From positions 1 to 62,214 of the forward strand of contig JAFDWP010000159.1 of NCBI GenBank assembly GCA_018268435.1: 62,214 nt of DNA, read 5' to 3'. The DNA is from Actinomycetota bacterium (lineage in GTDB: Bacteria; Actinomycetota; Actinomycetes; Actinomycetales; Microbacteriaceae). This document shows positions 40,501-48,845 of this stretch, one piece after another; within the stretch, counting starts at the first letter, position 1, and each line of letters opens with the position of its first letter. Below the pieces are notes generated by a model. That model saw nothing but the letters and a program-made list of their open reading frames with translations. It searched no databases and was not told the origin of the DNA. The translations under genes were made by a program, and so were the position numbers.

Positions 40501-40998
40501 ACCATCCGAGTACACCTTCGCGATGAGTGGGACGCCGAACCGCCACGAACCCGCAGCGCACTACCCGAATGGGCTACACAGGTCGCGGAGCGGCGAGCAG
40601 AAGCCGATCCCCGCGTGAGCGAAGCCAACCAAGCTGTCGAAACCGCGCGCACCGAACGAACCACAACGGTTGACCGTCACCGCAACGAACGGCTGGCGCT
40701 CTTGGCAAGCGAGTACGGGGCTGAGAATGCCCGCGCTCACCAGTACGGGATGCGCGCCCTCAACCCTCGACGCAATGCCCGCGATGCTCGCACCCGCGCA
40801 GACTTCCTTCGCGTCGAGAGTGCAGAACTCCGCAGCCTCCCGACGAACGTCGCCGCCAAGCTCATCGAGACGAAGCGCGCCGAGCAGGAGCGTGGTCGGC
40901 AGCAGGCAACGGAACGGGCCAGGCAACTGCATAGTCCGTTTGCGAACGATCCCCAACGCTATGACCCGCGCCGCGAGGGACCAGCGCGCGGCCTGTGA
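37540..40998 (+). CDS. Intact MobF relaxase/helicase of nested element (in-frame alternative start 37513)
   Basis: DEYY, HKTSRAGDPHRHIH, GAAGSGKT, IVDEAG, YVGMTRG. Confidence 0.92.
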   Translation: MKGGVILFRGTGAAARRYVEADRSRADEYYLGADNALSEYTVLDASGEVTAAMSLSAVEYEGWVDWHDPVTGESMGTPRNPGEGSKGSPLFAEMTINAPKSLSVAAALHPEVSSALDQAQQDALGEIRRWLGQHSVIRVGPRDAREVLPIEQMQVVGIRHKTSRAGDPHRHIHMQIGTRVFAAGKWRALDTAALFKQQGAIRALGTAVIAAHPHLAQTLAEHGLTLDPVSGEVVELQPFNGVMSKRSAQIRRNLVRLEAEWETEHPGEALGPIMTAKLQGIAWTHKRPGKKPTDLKNEQWWVQELRDAGYDPAAPRRSTVQRPVQLDELAVQEVASRALDRCAAASSAWTKHSMQEHVTRITTEHGVQATPAELREFIKIATDLAVSDCFSVLPPGAATPEHVAHLTSLTVIAAETALRDRFAATTPEQESKHPDMTDAAQVAGLNKGQAVAAAAVASSDPLVIVEGAAGSGKTTMLRTAIDVAAQHSRASRVVAPTLRAAQVAHEELGIPATSVAALVHAHGWRWNSDGVWTRLHPGDADPDTGRTFTGPPDDAVLSRGERVIVDEAGMLDQDTAHALLTITTEAGATVALVGDRAQLPAVGRGGVLDMAAQIRGRTYDMTELHRFADAEYATLTLTMRDRENPGEVFDRLTAMGLVILHADEEQAQQHITEQATEGEAITVASNDKAAALNERIRMGRVERGEVDDTITATGSDELPIGRGDLIQTRRNDPALGVANRQQWIVQHVAGNGTVYARETGSGRRNPRTVALPPEYVSEHAHLSYAATAYGVQGATVNASHTMLTEATSAAGVYVGMTRGREHNWLHVVAEDMAEARAQFVAATERDPADRGLDHATAQAAEAVRGIVKDGPIQRVTEELARLDREAERAERHADRWEQAANRLDAQRAAHRAESDESTAALRQAEEEAARVRAKVAAPLTKQAEQDGATYLARVEAERTASTRLATVGRFGRRKARDEHRAASEQAATIRVHLRDEWDAEPPRTRSALPEWATQVAERRAEADPRVSEANQAVETARTERTTTVDRHRNERLALLASEYGAENARAHQYGMRALNPRRNARDARTRADFLRVESAELRSLPTNVAAKLIETKRAEQERGRQQATERARQLHSPFANDPQRYDPRREGPARGL

Positions 40999-41058
40999 TC
41001 AGTCACGCAGTTCCTGTGGTCCACATGACCTATCCTGGCGTCGGGTATGATGCTTGGC

Positions 41059-41124
41059 ATGGGTAACTTGATTTGCGTGTTCGCTGCGACGCACACGCTT
41101 GCTGTCCGCGACCGCCGCGCCTAA
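41059..41124 (+). CDS. erm leader peptide MGNLICVFAATHTLAVRDRRA
   Basis: TATGAT (41046-41051) 7 nt before ATG; RDR motif; hairpin and T-run downstream. Confidence 0.65.
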   Translation: MGNLICVFAATHTLAVRDRRA

Positions 41125-41266
41125 CGGCGCGCCTCGCTGAACGCTTCGCGCGTCGTCCATCCGAGAGACCATTCGCGTCTCGGAACGGCGATCTTGCGCA
41201 CCCATTTTTTCTCTGTGCTCTGCCCTGTTTCCGAGGCGCTCCATCCTTCTTTCTTGGAGCGCGAAC

Positions 41267-42076
41267 ATGCCTCGTTCATCCCACGGCGGCCGACACGAAC
41301 TCGGCCAGAACTTCCTCACCCACACACCCACTATCAGCAAGATCACAGCCCTCGTTACGGCGACGAAGGGGCCGATCCTTGAACTCGGCGCTGGAGCCGG
41401 TGCACTCACGAGGCCTCTCGCGCAACTCGGCAGGCCAGTGACTGCGATCGACATCGACGAGCATCGGATCGCAAGCCTCCAAAGCGCACTGCCAGGCGTG
41501 ACGATCAATCACGCCGACGCGCTCACCGTTCCTCTCGACCATCCCGTGATCGTAGGGAACATCCCTTTCCACCTCACCACTCCGATTCTGCGACGGCTTC
41601 TCCGGGGCGGCACCTGGACCGAGGCCGTGCTCCTCACTCAATGGGAGGTCGCACGCAAGCGCTGCGGGATCGGTGGCTCCACCATGCTGACTGCGCAGAC
41701 TGCGCCCTGGTTTACCTTCGACCTCCACGGCCGGGTTCCCTCCTGGGGTTTTCGCCCACGCCCCAGCGTTGATGGGGGCATCATCCAGATCAGTAGACGC
41801 AACCATCCTCTCGTTCCCGGTTCACAGCGCAGCCGGTACGAACAGTTCGTACGCGCGGTGTTCACCGGTCGAGGCGGAACCCTCGAGCGCATCATCGCGA
41901 ACGCGGGCCGCCTCGATCCTGGACAAGCCAAGCAACTCTTGAGGCAGAGTGGCATCGACACACGCGCGTTGCCGCGAGACCTGACACCAGAGCAGTGGGC
42001 CGGAGTCTGGAACGCGATGCCTGAGCAGCCACCACTCAAAACCCACCAAACACGACCACGGTCTAACGATTCATGA
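41267..42076 (+). CDS. erm: 23S rRNA adenine-N6 methyltransferase (MLSB resistance)
   Basis: HELGQNFL, LELGAGAGALT, GNIPFHLTT, QWEVARKR, FRPRPSVD. Confidence 0.92.
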   Translation: MPRSSHGGRHELGQNFLTHTPTISKITALVTATKGPILELGAGAGALTRPLAQLGRPVTAIDIDEHRIASLQSALPGVTINHADALTVPLDHPVIVGNIPFHLTTPILRRLLRGGTWTEAVLLTQWEVARKRCGIGGSTMLTAQTAPWFTFDLHGRVPSWGFRPRPSVDGGIIQISRRNHPLVPGSQRSRYEQFVRAVFTGRGGTLERIIANAGRLDPGQAKQLLRQSGIDTRALPRDLTPEQWAGVWNAMPEQPPLKTHQTRPRSNDS

Positions 42077-42161
42077 TCTCGCTGCCCGCGATGATCAGTC
42101 GGTCGCGCGAGTGAACTCTCACCGACCGGTAAACTACAACCGCGCACACGCGCACGATCAC

Positions 42162-42208
42162 AGGTGAGTGCGTTTAGGGCACCTCGGCTACGCGGTCACC
42201 GCGCACCG
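42162..42208. other. Right att junction of nested element
   Basis: GTGCGTTTA-GGGC-ACCTCGGC-TA-CGCGGTC. Confidence 0.85.
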
Positions 42209-43196
42209 CGCACAGGGCGTCACGACCGATACCGCGCACGCGGTCGTCGCCGCGACGACGACTCGGGAGAACTTCTACGTCTCGATGACCCGCGGCGCCC
42301 ACAGCAATCACGCCTACGTCGCCGTCGACCGGGAGGACTACGAGCACGCGACCCCGCACCCCGGCGACAACCCGAACGCGACAGCACGCAGCGTGCTCTA
42401 CGGCGTGATCCAGCACGTCGGGGCCGAACTGTCGGCGCACGAGACGATCACCGCCGAGCAGGAACGGCTCGGCGGAATCGCGCAGCTCGCCGCCGAGTAC
42501 GAGACGATCGCGCAAGCCGCCCAGCACGACCGCTGGGCCGCCCTCCTTGCCGCCTCGGGGCTGACCGGCGAGCAGGTCGATGCCGTGCTCGACTCCGACG
42601 CCTACGGTGCCCTGTCCGCCGAGCTGCGCCACGCCGACGCCAACCATCACGACCTCGACACGCTGCTGCCCAGGCTCATCACCGCACGCGGACTGGACGA
42701 CGCCGACGACATCGCCTCCGTCATCCATGCCCGTCTCGCCCGCGCCACCATCCGGCCGGCCGGCTCCGGCCGCAGTCGCACGCCAGCCCGCCTCATCGCC
42801 GGTCTGATCCCGCACGCCGGCGGCCCGATGGCCGAGGATATGCGCCGCGCCCTGGACGAGCGTCGCGACCTCATCGAAGCCCGCGCCGACGGCATGCTCC
42901 GCGGAGCCCTCGCCGACAAGAGTCCTTGGACGGCGAGCCTCGGTACCGTGCCCGAGGACGAGAGGCAGAGCACGGCATGGCGGCGCGCCGCCCGGACGGT
43001 CGCCGCCTACCGCGACCGCTACCAGATCACCGACGACCGCACGCCGCTTGGTCCCGCACCGGAGAGCACCAGCCAGAAGATCGATGCGGCGCGAGCACGC
43101 GCCGCCCTCAACCGCGCCCAATCCATCGCCCACAAGTCCACGCCCGCTGAGCCAGCACGGCAGGCCACAAGGACGCTGCCGACGCCGAGACTCTGA
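42189..43196 (+). pseudogene. C-terminal part of the interrupted ICE relaxase
   Basis: YAVTAHRAQGVT, YVSMTRG helicase motifs continue 30748-33306 in frame. Confidence 0.9.
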
Positions 43197-43212
43197 GCGC
43201 CGTCGTCCACGT

Positions 43213-44145
43213 TCATTCGGTCGGCTGCGCGCGTCTCCGACTGATGTTTCGGTATCGGCGCGGGGTCACGCCGACGCTGCGGCGGAACTGCCGAGTCGCG
43301 AAGTCGGCGGCGTCCCAACCCACCTTGTGCGCGATCGCCGCGATTGGCGCGTCCGTGGTGCGCAGGAGGCTCGCCATCCGCTCGGTACGCAGCATCGTCA
43401 GATAGGCGATGGGCGACTTGCCATACGCCTCCACAAACACCCGGCCGACCTGAGACTTGGACAGGTGAACCGCGTCTGCGAGGTCCGTCATCGACCAGTG
43501 CCGCGCCGGCTCGGCACGCAACAGCTCCTCCACCTTTCGCGCCTCGCCCCGCAGAGGCGCGAACCGGCGATGTCGAGGTGACACCGGCCAGGCCCTCGCC
43601 CGTTGCGTAGGAGAGGTGCGGATCGGAGTGGTCTTGATGAACGGCGCTATCACATGAGTAACGGAGAACCAGAGCGCCTGTATCCGGTAGAAGTTCTCTA
43701 CCGGACGATCCTCGACGCTCAGTGAGACTAGTTCGTCCAGCCACGGCATCAACTGCCCTGCTCGGTCCTCACCCAGCCTGAGTATCTGCGCCGGCTCGCT
43801 GTAAATGGTCGCCGCGAAGTCCTGTGCATCGAGGCGATCCTGCAAGAGGCCGACGTGCTGCCAGAACACTTGGTCGATCACATAGTCGGTGTCCGCGTAG
43901 ATCGTCGTTACAGTGATGTGCCCTTCGGGGTCGCTCCCGCAGAGGGTGTTCGCTCCGAGCAAGATCACATCGCCGAGCTTGATTGATTGCTGCCCGAACT
44001 CGCTGAACAGGATCGCCGAGCCATCGCGGACGACGATGACCTTCACGCAGTCATATGCGACCGGGCCAACCTGACGGTGGATTGTCTTTGTTCGAGCGAG
44101 AACGGGCTGGTATTGGTGGTCGATCCTCTCGGGTTCGAGCGCCAC
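43213..44145 (-). CDS. AraC family regulator, copy 2
   Basis: Double HTH; near-duplicate of copy 1. Confidence 0.85.
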   Translation of the reverse strand: MALEPERIDHQYQPVLARTKTIHRQVGPVAYDCVKVIVVRDGSAILFSEFGQQSIKLGDVILLGANTLCGSDPEGHITVTTIYADTDYVIDQVFWQHVGLLQDRLDAQDFAATIYSEPAQILRLGEDRAGQLMPWLDELVSLSVEDRPVENFYRIQALWFSVTHVIAPFIKTTPIRTSPTQRARAWPVSPRHRRFAPLRGEARKVEELLRAEPARHWSMTDLADAVHLSKSQVGRVFVEAYGKSPIAYLTMLRTERMASLLRTTDAPIAAIAHKVGWDAADFATRQFRRSVGVTPRRYRNISRRRAQPTE

Positions 44146-44163
44146 GGTTCTGCGGAAAGGGAC

Positions 44164-44919
44164 TCATTCGCTGCGTCGCGCGAAGGTCGCGGTGCCCCAC
44201 CAGGTTCCGGCGACGGCGAGCGCGACAGCGGCGATGACGCCCCACAGGGTGGTGAGGCTGGCGATGTCGCCGGCGAACGCGGAGCGGATGCCTTCGACCA
44301 CGTAGTGGGTGGGCATGAGGTTGCCGATGACGCGGAGCCAGGTGGGGCCGATGTCGGTGGGTAGCAGGATGCCGGAGAGCAGGAGGATGGGGAGCATGAG
44401 CCCGTTGACGATTGGGGCCATGCTCATTTCGCTGCCGAGGATGAGGGCAAGTGCGTAGGAGCCGGTGGAGGCGGCGATGCCGAGCAGGAGGCACAGCACC
44501 AGGCCGATCAGCACGCCGAGTGGGTTGGCGCGCATGCCGATGATGATTCCCAGCACGATCATGATGAGTGCTTGGACGAGCATGCTGACGACATCGCGGC
44601 CGACGCGCCCCATCAGCAAGGCAGAGCGTGGTGCCGGGGTGACGCGCTGGGAGTCGATCACCCCGAAGCGTTTGTCCGCGAGGACGCCGAAGCCGACAGC
44701 CATGAGCCCGATGAACCCCATCTGGACGAGCAGGCCGGGAACGAAGAAGCGGTAGATGTCGTCGGTGCCGAGCTGGGACGCGAGGGGTTTGAGCAGCGGC
44801 CCGAACAGGAACAGGTAGAGGACCGGCTGGAGTAGGCCCACGATGATCCACGCGGGCTTGGTGATGTTCATGCGGAGTTCTCGCTGGAAGACCACGGTCG
44901 TCGCGTTGATCCACGTCAT
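44164..44919 (-). CDS. ABC-2 permease
   Basis: Six TM helices, FFVPGLL, LLLSGILLP. Confidence 0.88.
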   Translation of the reverse strand: MTWINATTVVFQRELRMNITKPAWIIVGLLQPVLYLFLFGPLLKPLASQLGTDDIYRFFVPGLLVQMGFIGLMAVGFGVLADKRFGVIDSQRVTPAPRSALLMGRVGRDVVSMLVQALIMIVLGIIIGMRANPLGVLIGLVLCLLLGIAASTGSYALALILGSEMSMAPIVNGLMLPILLLSGILLPTDIGPTWLRVIGNLMPTHYVVEGIRSAFAGDIASLTTLWGVIAAVALAVAGTWWGTATFARRSE

Positions 44920-44933
44920 GATTCGATCCCTTG

Positions 44934-45902
44934 TCAGTTGCCGGGGGCGTCGCGCAGCGAACGGCCGGTGATGGTCAGAAACACGTCATCGAGGGTCGGG
45001 CGGCGCATCTGCACGCCCGCGATCCGCACTCCTGCGCCGTCGAGGTCGTGCAGGATCGCGGGTAGTGCTTCTTCGGCGTTGCGGACGCGGACGGAGACGC
45101 CCTCGCCCGCGGCCAGCTCACCGTCGACGGCGAAGGAGCGGATCACCGCGCCTGCGCGTTCCGCGTCGGCGGTGTCGCCGAGCAGGAACGAGAGCAGGTC
45201 GCCGCTGACCGACCGTTTCAGGTCGTCCGGGCTGCCTTGGCTGACGACCTTGCCGTGGTCGATGATGACCAGACGGTCGGAGAGCGCGTCGGCCTCATCG
45301 AGGTAGTGGGTGGTGAGCACGACCGTGAGCCCGTCGCGGTCTCGCAGTTCTTTGATGTGGTTCCAGAGGTTCGCCCGAGACTGCGGATCGAGCCCGGCCG
45401 TGGGCTCGTCTAGGAACACCAGCGAGGGGCCGTGCACCAGGCCCATTGCGATGTCGAGACGACGACGCTGACCGCCCGACAGGGCGGCGCAGGGCCGCGC
45501 CCACACGCCGTCCAGGTCGAGCGCCGACAGCAGCGCCTCGGTCCGGGCTCGCGCATCGGTGCGGGAGAGCCCGTAGAGTCTGCCGTGATCGGCGACCTCG
45601 GTGCCGGCCATCGCTCCGGGGTTGGTGGCACCCCGCTGGGCGACGTAGCCGATCCGCTTGCGCACCTCGACGGGCGCTCGTGCGATGTCGTGTCCTGCAA
45701 CGATCGCTGTCCCCGAGGTCGGGCGCAGCAGGGTCGTCAGCATCCGCAGCGTCGTCGTCTTGCCGGCGCCGTTCGGCCCGAGCAGTCCGACAATCTCCCC
45801 GGCTCCCACGTCGAGGTCGAGACCATCGACGGCCTGGAGGGTGCGGGTGGCCTTGCCCATCCGCACGGAGAACTGCTTGGTCAACCCGGATGCATGAATC
45901 AC
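44934..45902 (-). CDS. DrrA-like ABC ATP-binding protein
   Basis: GPNGAGKT, LSGGQ, DEPT, PTLDDVFL. Confidence 0.9.
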   Translation of the reverse strand: MIHASGLTKQFSVRMGKATRTLQAVDGLDLDVGAGEIVGLLGPNGAGKTTTLRMLTTLLRPTSGTAIVAGHDIARAPVEVRKRIGYVAQRGATNPGAMAGTEVADHGRLYGLSRTDARARTEALLSALDLDGVWARPCAALSGGQRRRLDIAMGLVHGPSLVFLDEPTAGLDPQSRANLWNHIKELRDRDGLTVVLTTHYLDEADALSDRLVIIDHGKVVSQGSPDDLKRSVSGDLLSFLLGDTADAERAGAVIRSFAVDGELAAGEGVSVRVRNAEEALPAILHDLDGAGVRIAGVQMRRPTLDDVFLTITGRSLRDAPGN

Positions 45903-45923
45903 GCATCCATCATGATCGTGTAA

Positions 45924-45944
45924 TCAAGTTGGAGTCAAGTTTGA
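45924..45944. promoter_or_regulatory. Tandem TCAA-N2-TTGA boxes (putative PadR sites)
   Basis: TCAAGTTGGA and TCAAGTTTGA; match the 47196-47213 dyad. Confidence 0.55.
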
Positions 45945-45946
45945 AC

Positions 45947-46537
45947 TCAAAGTGAGCGACGACCCCACCGAGGGCGGCGGGTGCGCTGGGATTGCCTGGT
46001 CCGCTCCGTGTCGCGCTGCGCCTGCTCGGCTGCCTGCCGTTGCGCTCGGCGGTTCCGCCAAGCAGCCACTTCGGCATCCACATCACGGGTCGGCGTGACG
46101 ACGGGCGGACCGCCCAGTAGCTGCCTACGGGCTTCGATCACACGTCGATTGAAGTCCTCTAGCGCGTCCCGCACCTCGGCCTCGAACGACATCCCATCCA
46201 AGCGGTCATCGAGCTTGGCGTCCTCAACGCGGAGTGTGAGCGCCGCTGGTCCGAGCCCGTGCAGTTGTTCCGTCTCGATCTTGCGGCGAATCCACCAGTC
46301 CGGATCGTGGCGGCCGTCCAGCCCCGGCAGCGGCTTGCCCGCACCGGGCAGGTTGTCGAACTCGCCACGACGGATCGCCTGCTGGATCGCACCCTCCACC
46401 ATCGCCGCGCGACGCAGATCGCCGTCACCGGCAGCCCCCGGCCCTCGCTGCGCCCGGTCCTCCGGGTCGCCACGATCGGACTGCGACACCCGTTCAGATC
46501 GGCCGCGCATCGCCGCCAGACGCGGGTCCTCCGTCAT
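45947..46537 (-). CDS. DUF1992 domain protein
   Basis: IQQAIRRGEFDNLPGAGKPL, DPDWW. Confidence 0.85.
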   Translation of the reverse strand: MTEDPRLAAMRGRSERVSQSDRGDPEDRAQRGPGAAGDGDLRRAAMVEGAIQQAIRRGEFDNLPGAGKPLPGLDGRHDPDWWIRRKIETEQLHGLGPAALTLRVEDAKLDDRLDGMSFEAEVRDALEDFNRRVIEARRQLLGGPPVVTPTRDVDAEVAAWRNRRAQRQAAEQAQRDTERTRQSQRTRRPRWGRRSL

Positions 46538-47169
46538 GACGACACCTGGGCGGCAATGAGCGCACGGTATCGCTCACGATCCCGAGGCAGGTCAGGATCA
46601 ACAGGAGCCTGCCCTGCTCCAGGCTCGCCGCGGAAGGCGAGGCCACCGTTCTCGACCAGCTCGATCGTCTTCGTCACCCAGGCTCGTTCCGCCTCGGCCA
46701 TGCCCAGCCACAGCGACGTGCTGTGCTCGACCACAGACGGACGGTCTCGATCCGCGACCGATGCCCAGGCCGCGGCGAACTGCCGCTCGGCACGCTGCCG
46801 GGCTTTCAACAGGTCTAGGAACCTCTCCCGGGTCAGCAGTCCCGCCTGTGACGCTGCGGCGAAGAACGCGACCGGGTTCGCCGGGTCCGGGATCGCGATG
46901 ATGCGCTCGAAGATGCGTTCCAGCTCGGCTTCCCCTTCGGCCGCCAGCGTGTAGACCGTGACCTGGCGTGCGCCGTCCTCGAGCTCATGTGCGGTCACGA
47001 ACCCTTGCTTGGTCAGGGTCCCCAGCATCGAGTACACCGAGCCCGGCTGGACTTGACCCCACCGATCCGCGCCCCAGCCCATCAGCTCACGCCGAACCTG
47101 GTTGCCGTTCACCGGCTCGAACAGCGCCACCGCCGCGAGCACCAGGAACCGAGTCTGAATCGCCGCCAT
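46534..47169 (-). CDS. PadR family regulator
   Basis: GSVYSML..L.KQG, VYTL. Confidence 0.85.
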   Translation of the reverse strand: MAAIQTRFLVLAAVALFEPVNGNQVRRELMGWGADRWGQVQPGSVYSMLGTLTKQGFVTAHELEDGARQVTVYTLAAEGEAELERIFERIIAIPDPANPVAFFAAASQAGLLTRERFLDLLKARQRAERQFAAAWASVADRDRPSVVEHSTSLWLGMAEAERAWVTKTIELVENGGLAFRGEPGAGQAPVDPDLPRDRERYRALIAAQVSS

Positions 47170-47195
47170 CTTTCAACCCTACGGCGTTTCCTTAT

Positions 47196-47213
47196 GGATT
47201 CAAACTTGAATCC
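47196..47213. promoter_or_regulatory. Putative PadR autoregulatory operator
   Basis: Perfect dyad GGATTCAA-AC-TTGAATCC. Confidence 0.65.
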
Positions 47214-47243
47214 GCGCAGGCTGTACGTCGTGAAGCCGCCCGA

Positions 47244-48272
47244 CTAGAGCGAGCGGCCAGGTGTTGCTGGCGGCTGGCGGCGGCTGAACTCCTGCCCGAC
47301 TTCGATCCGAGTCGCGGCACGAACATGCACTGGCTCCGCATCAAGCAGGGCGATCACGTCGTCAGCCTGGGTGACCAGCGAGGCGAGCCCCTGTTTGATG
47401 AGGTCGTTCGGGGTGGCGCTGGTGGCGCTGGTGACGGGGCCAGGCACGGCACCGATGCCCCGGCCGAGGTTGCGCGCGTAGTGGACAGTGATCCTCGACC
47501 CGGATCGGATGCCAGCTTCGGGGATCACGGCCGCGCCCGAGAGCGCCGCCATGAGGCGGTTGCGCGCCTCGAACCTGTGCTTAGTCGGCACCGACCCGGG
47601 AGGCACCTCGCTGACCAGCAGACCGACATCGCCGATCCGGTTCAGCAGATCGGTATGCCCGGCTGGGTAGAGCCGGTCCAGCCCCGAGGGCAGCACGGCG
47701 ATCGTGTGGCCGGCTGCGGCGAGGACGCTCTTGTGCGCTGCTCCTTCGATCCCGTAGGCGCCGCCGGCAACGACCGTTCGTTCCTCGTCGGCCAGACCCA
47801 TCGCCAGCTCGGCGGTGACCTGTTCGCCGTAGGCGCTCGACGCGCGTGCCCCGGTGATCGTGACTCGATCGCTCACGGCCCCCGTCAAGAACGATCCGGC
47901 GCCTCGGGTCCACAGCAGATAGGGCGCACGGTCGCCCAGGTCATTCAGGGCGGTGGGCCACTCCTTGTCCGCCGGGATGAGGATGCCGAACCCTCGCTCC
48001 GTTGCCTTGGCCAGGTGATCGGGCAGGGTGGGCGTGATGCGTGTGGCCAGCCGTTCGCGCCACATCAGCACGTCCGCGCGGGCCAGGCCGGGCACGTCGT
48101 CGTCCGACTCGATCAGGCGCAGCGTCTCGACTCCGCCGTGATGGGCCAGCACATACCCGGTCGTCGGGTCGTTCGGCTCGGCGATCATCGACAGCGCGAT
48201 CCGTGCCACCCGCTCGCCCTGTACTTGCTCCGCCAGCGTCGCCATGATCGGTGTCCTTCCGCTCCAGGTCAC
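47244..48272 (-). CDS. dprA: DNA-processing protein DprA (alternative start 48246)
   Basis: GARASSAYG, GGAYGI, RFEARNRLMAALS, SGS, VPGPV. Confidence 0.88.
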   Translation of the reverse strand: MTWSGRTPIMATLAEQVQGERVARIALSMIAEPNDPTTGYVLAHHGGVETLRLIESDDDVPGLARADVLMWRERLATRITPTLPDHLAKATERGFGILIPADKEWPTALNDLGDRAPYLLWTRGAGSFLTGAVSDRVTITGARASSAYGEQVTAELAMGLADEERTVVAGGAYGIEGAAHKSVLAAAGHTIAVLPSGLDRLYPAGHTDLLNRIGDVGLLVSEVPPGSVPTKHRFEARNRLMAALSGAAVIPEAGIRSGSRITVHYARNLGRGIGAVPGPVTSATSATPNDLIKQGLASLVTQADDVIALLDAEPVHVRAATRIEVGQEFSRRQPPATPGRSL

Positions 48273-48452
48273 CGACCAGGTGCACGCCCCGGCCGCGCGG
48301 GGTTCCTTCTGTCGCGGGTCAGTCGTACAGTGGAAGACGAGGCAGGTTCTCCAACTACGCGGGTCCTTCGGGACGGCCCCTTGCGGGCACTCGGTTCATA
48401 GCCGCCTCCACGACGGAAGTCCGTCGCGCTATGACGAGAAAAGAGGCCCGCA

Positions 48453-48845
48453 ATGATCCGCCGTTCAATGCCCCCAGTGATCCGCCGGTCAATGAAGGTG
48501 AGCGAACGAGGCCACGACTGGTTCCAGTACGCGCCCACCAACCTGCTCATCAACGCGATCCGCTACCGCCGCCGCGGCTTGAAGTGGGGCATCCCCGCCA
48601 TGATCGTCCTGGGCGGCGGCTACATCTACGGCATGGCGATCTGCTACACGATCATCACCCGCGAAGGCCCCGGCCCGCTCAACCTCCTGATCCTCCTGTT
48701 CTTCTGGAACGCCCTCAAGTTCCTCTGGACCGGACCAGTCAGCCTCATCGACCTGACCCGCGTTCGAGCGCAGGAACGTCGTCAGCGACGCGAGAGCATG
48801 CATGCTGCCGTGGCTCCGGAGGACTACTCCGAGACACTGGCCTAG
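48453..48845 (+). CDS. Small membrane protein
   Basis: Two hydrophobic segments; start uncertain. Confidence 0.55.
   Translation: MIRRSMPPVIRRSMKVSERGHDWFQYAPTNLLINAIRYRRRGLKWGIPAMIVLGGGYIYGMAICYTIITREGPGPLNLLILLFFWNALKFLWTGPVSLIDLTRVRAQERRQRRESMHAAVAPEDYSETLA

Larger units (their letters stand above)
33309..42190. mobile_element. 8.9-kb integrative mobilizable element (serine recombinase, own MobF, erm) inside the ICE relaxase
   Basis: Shared core GGCTA at 33304-33308 and 42186-42190; excision restores GGC TAC GCG (DLGYAV); rebuilt attP is palindromic. Confidence 0.92.
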
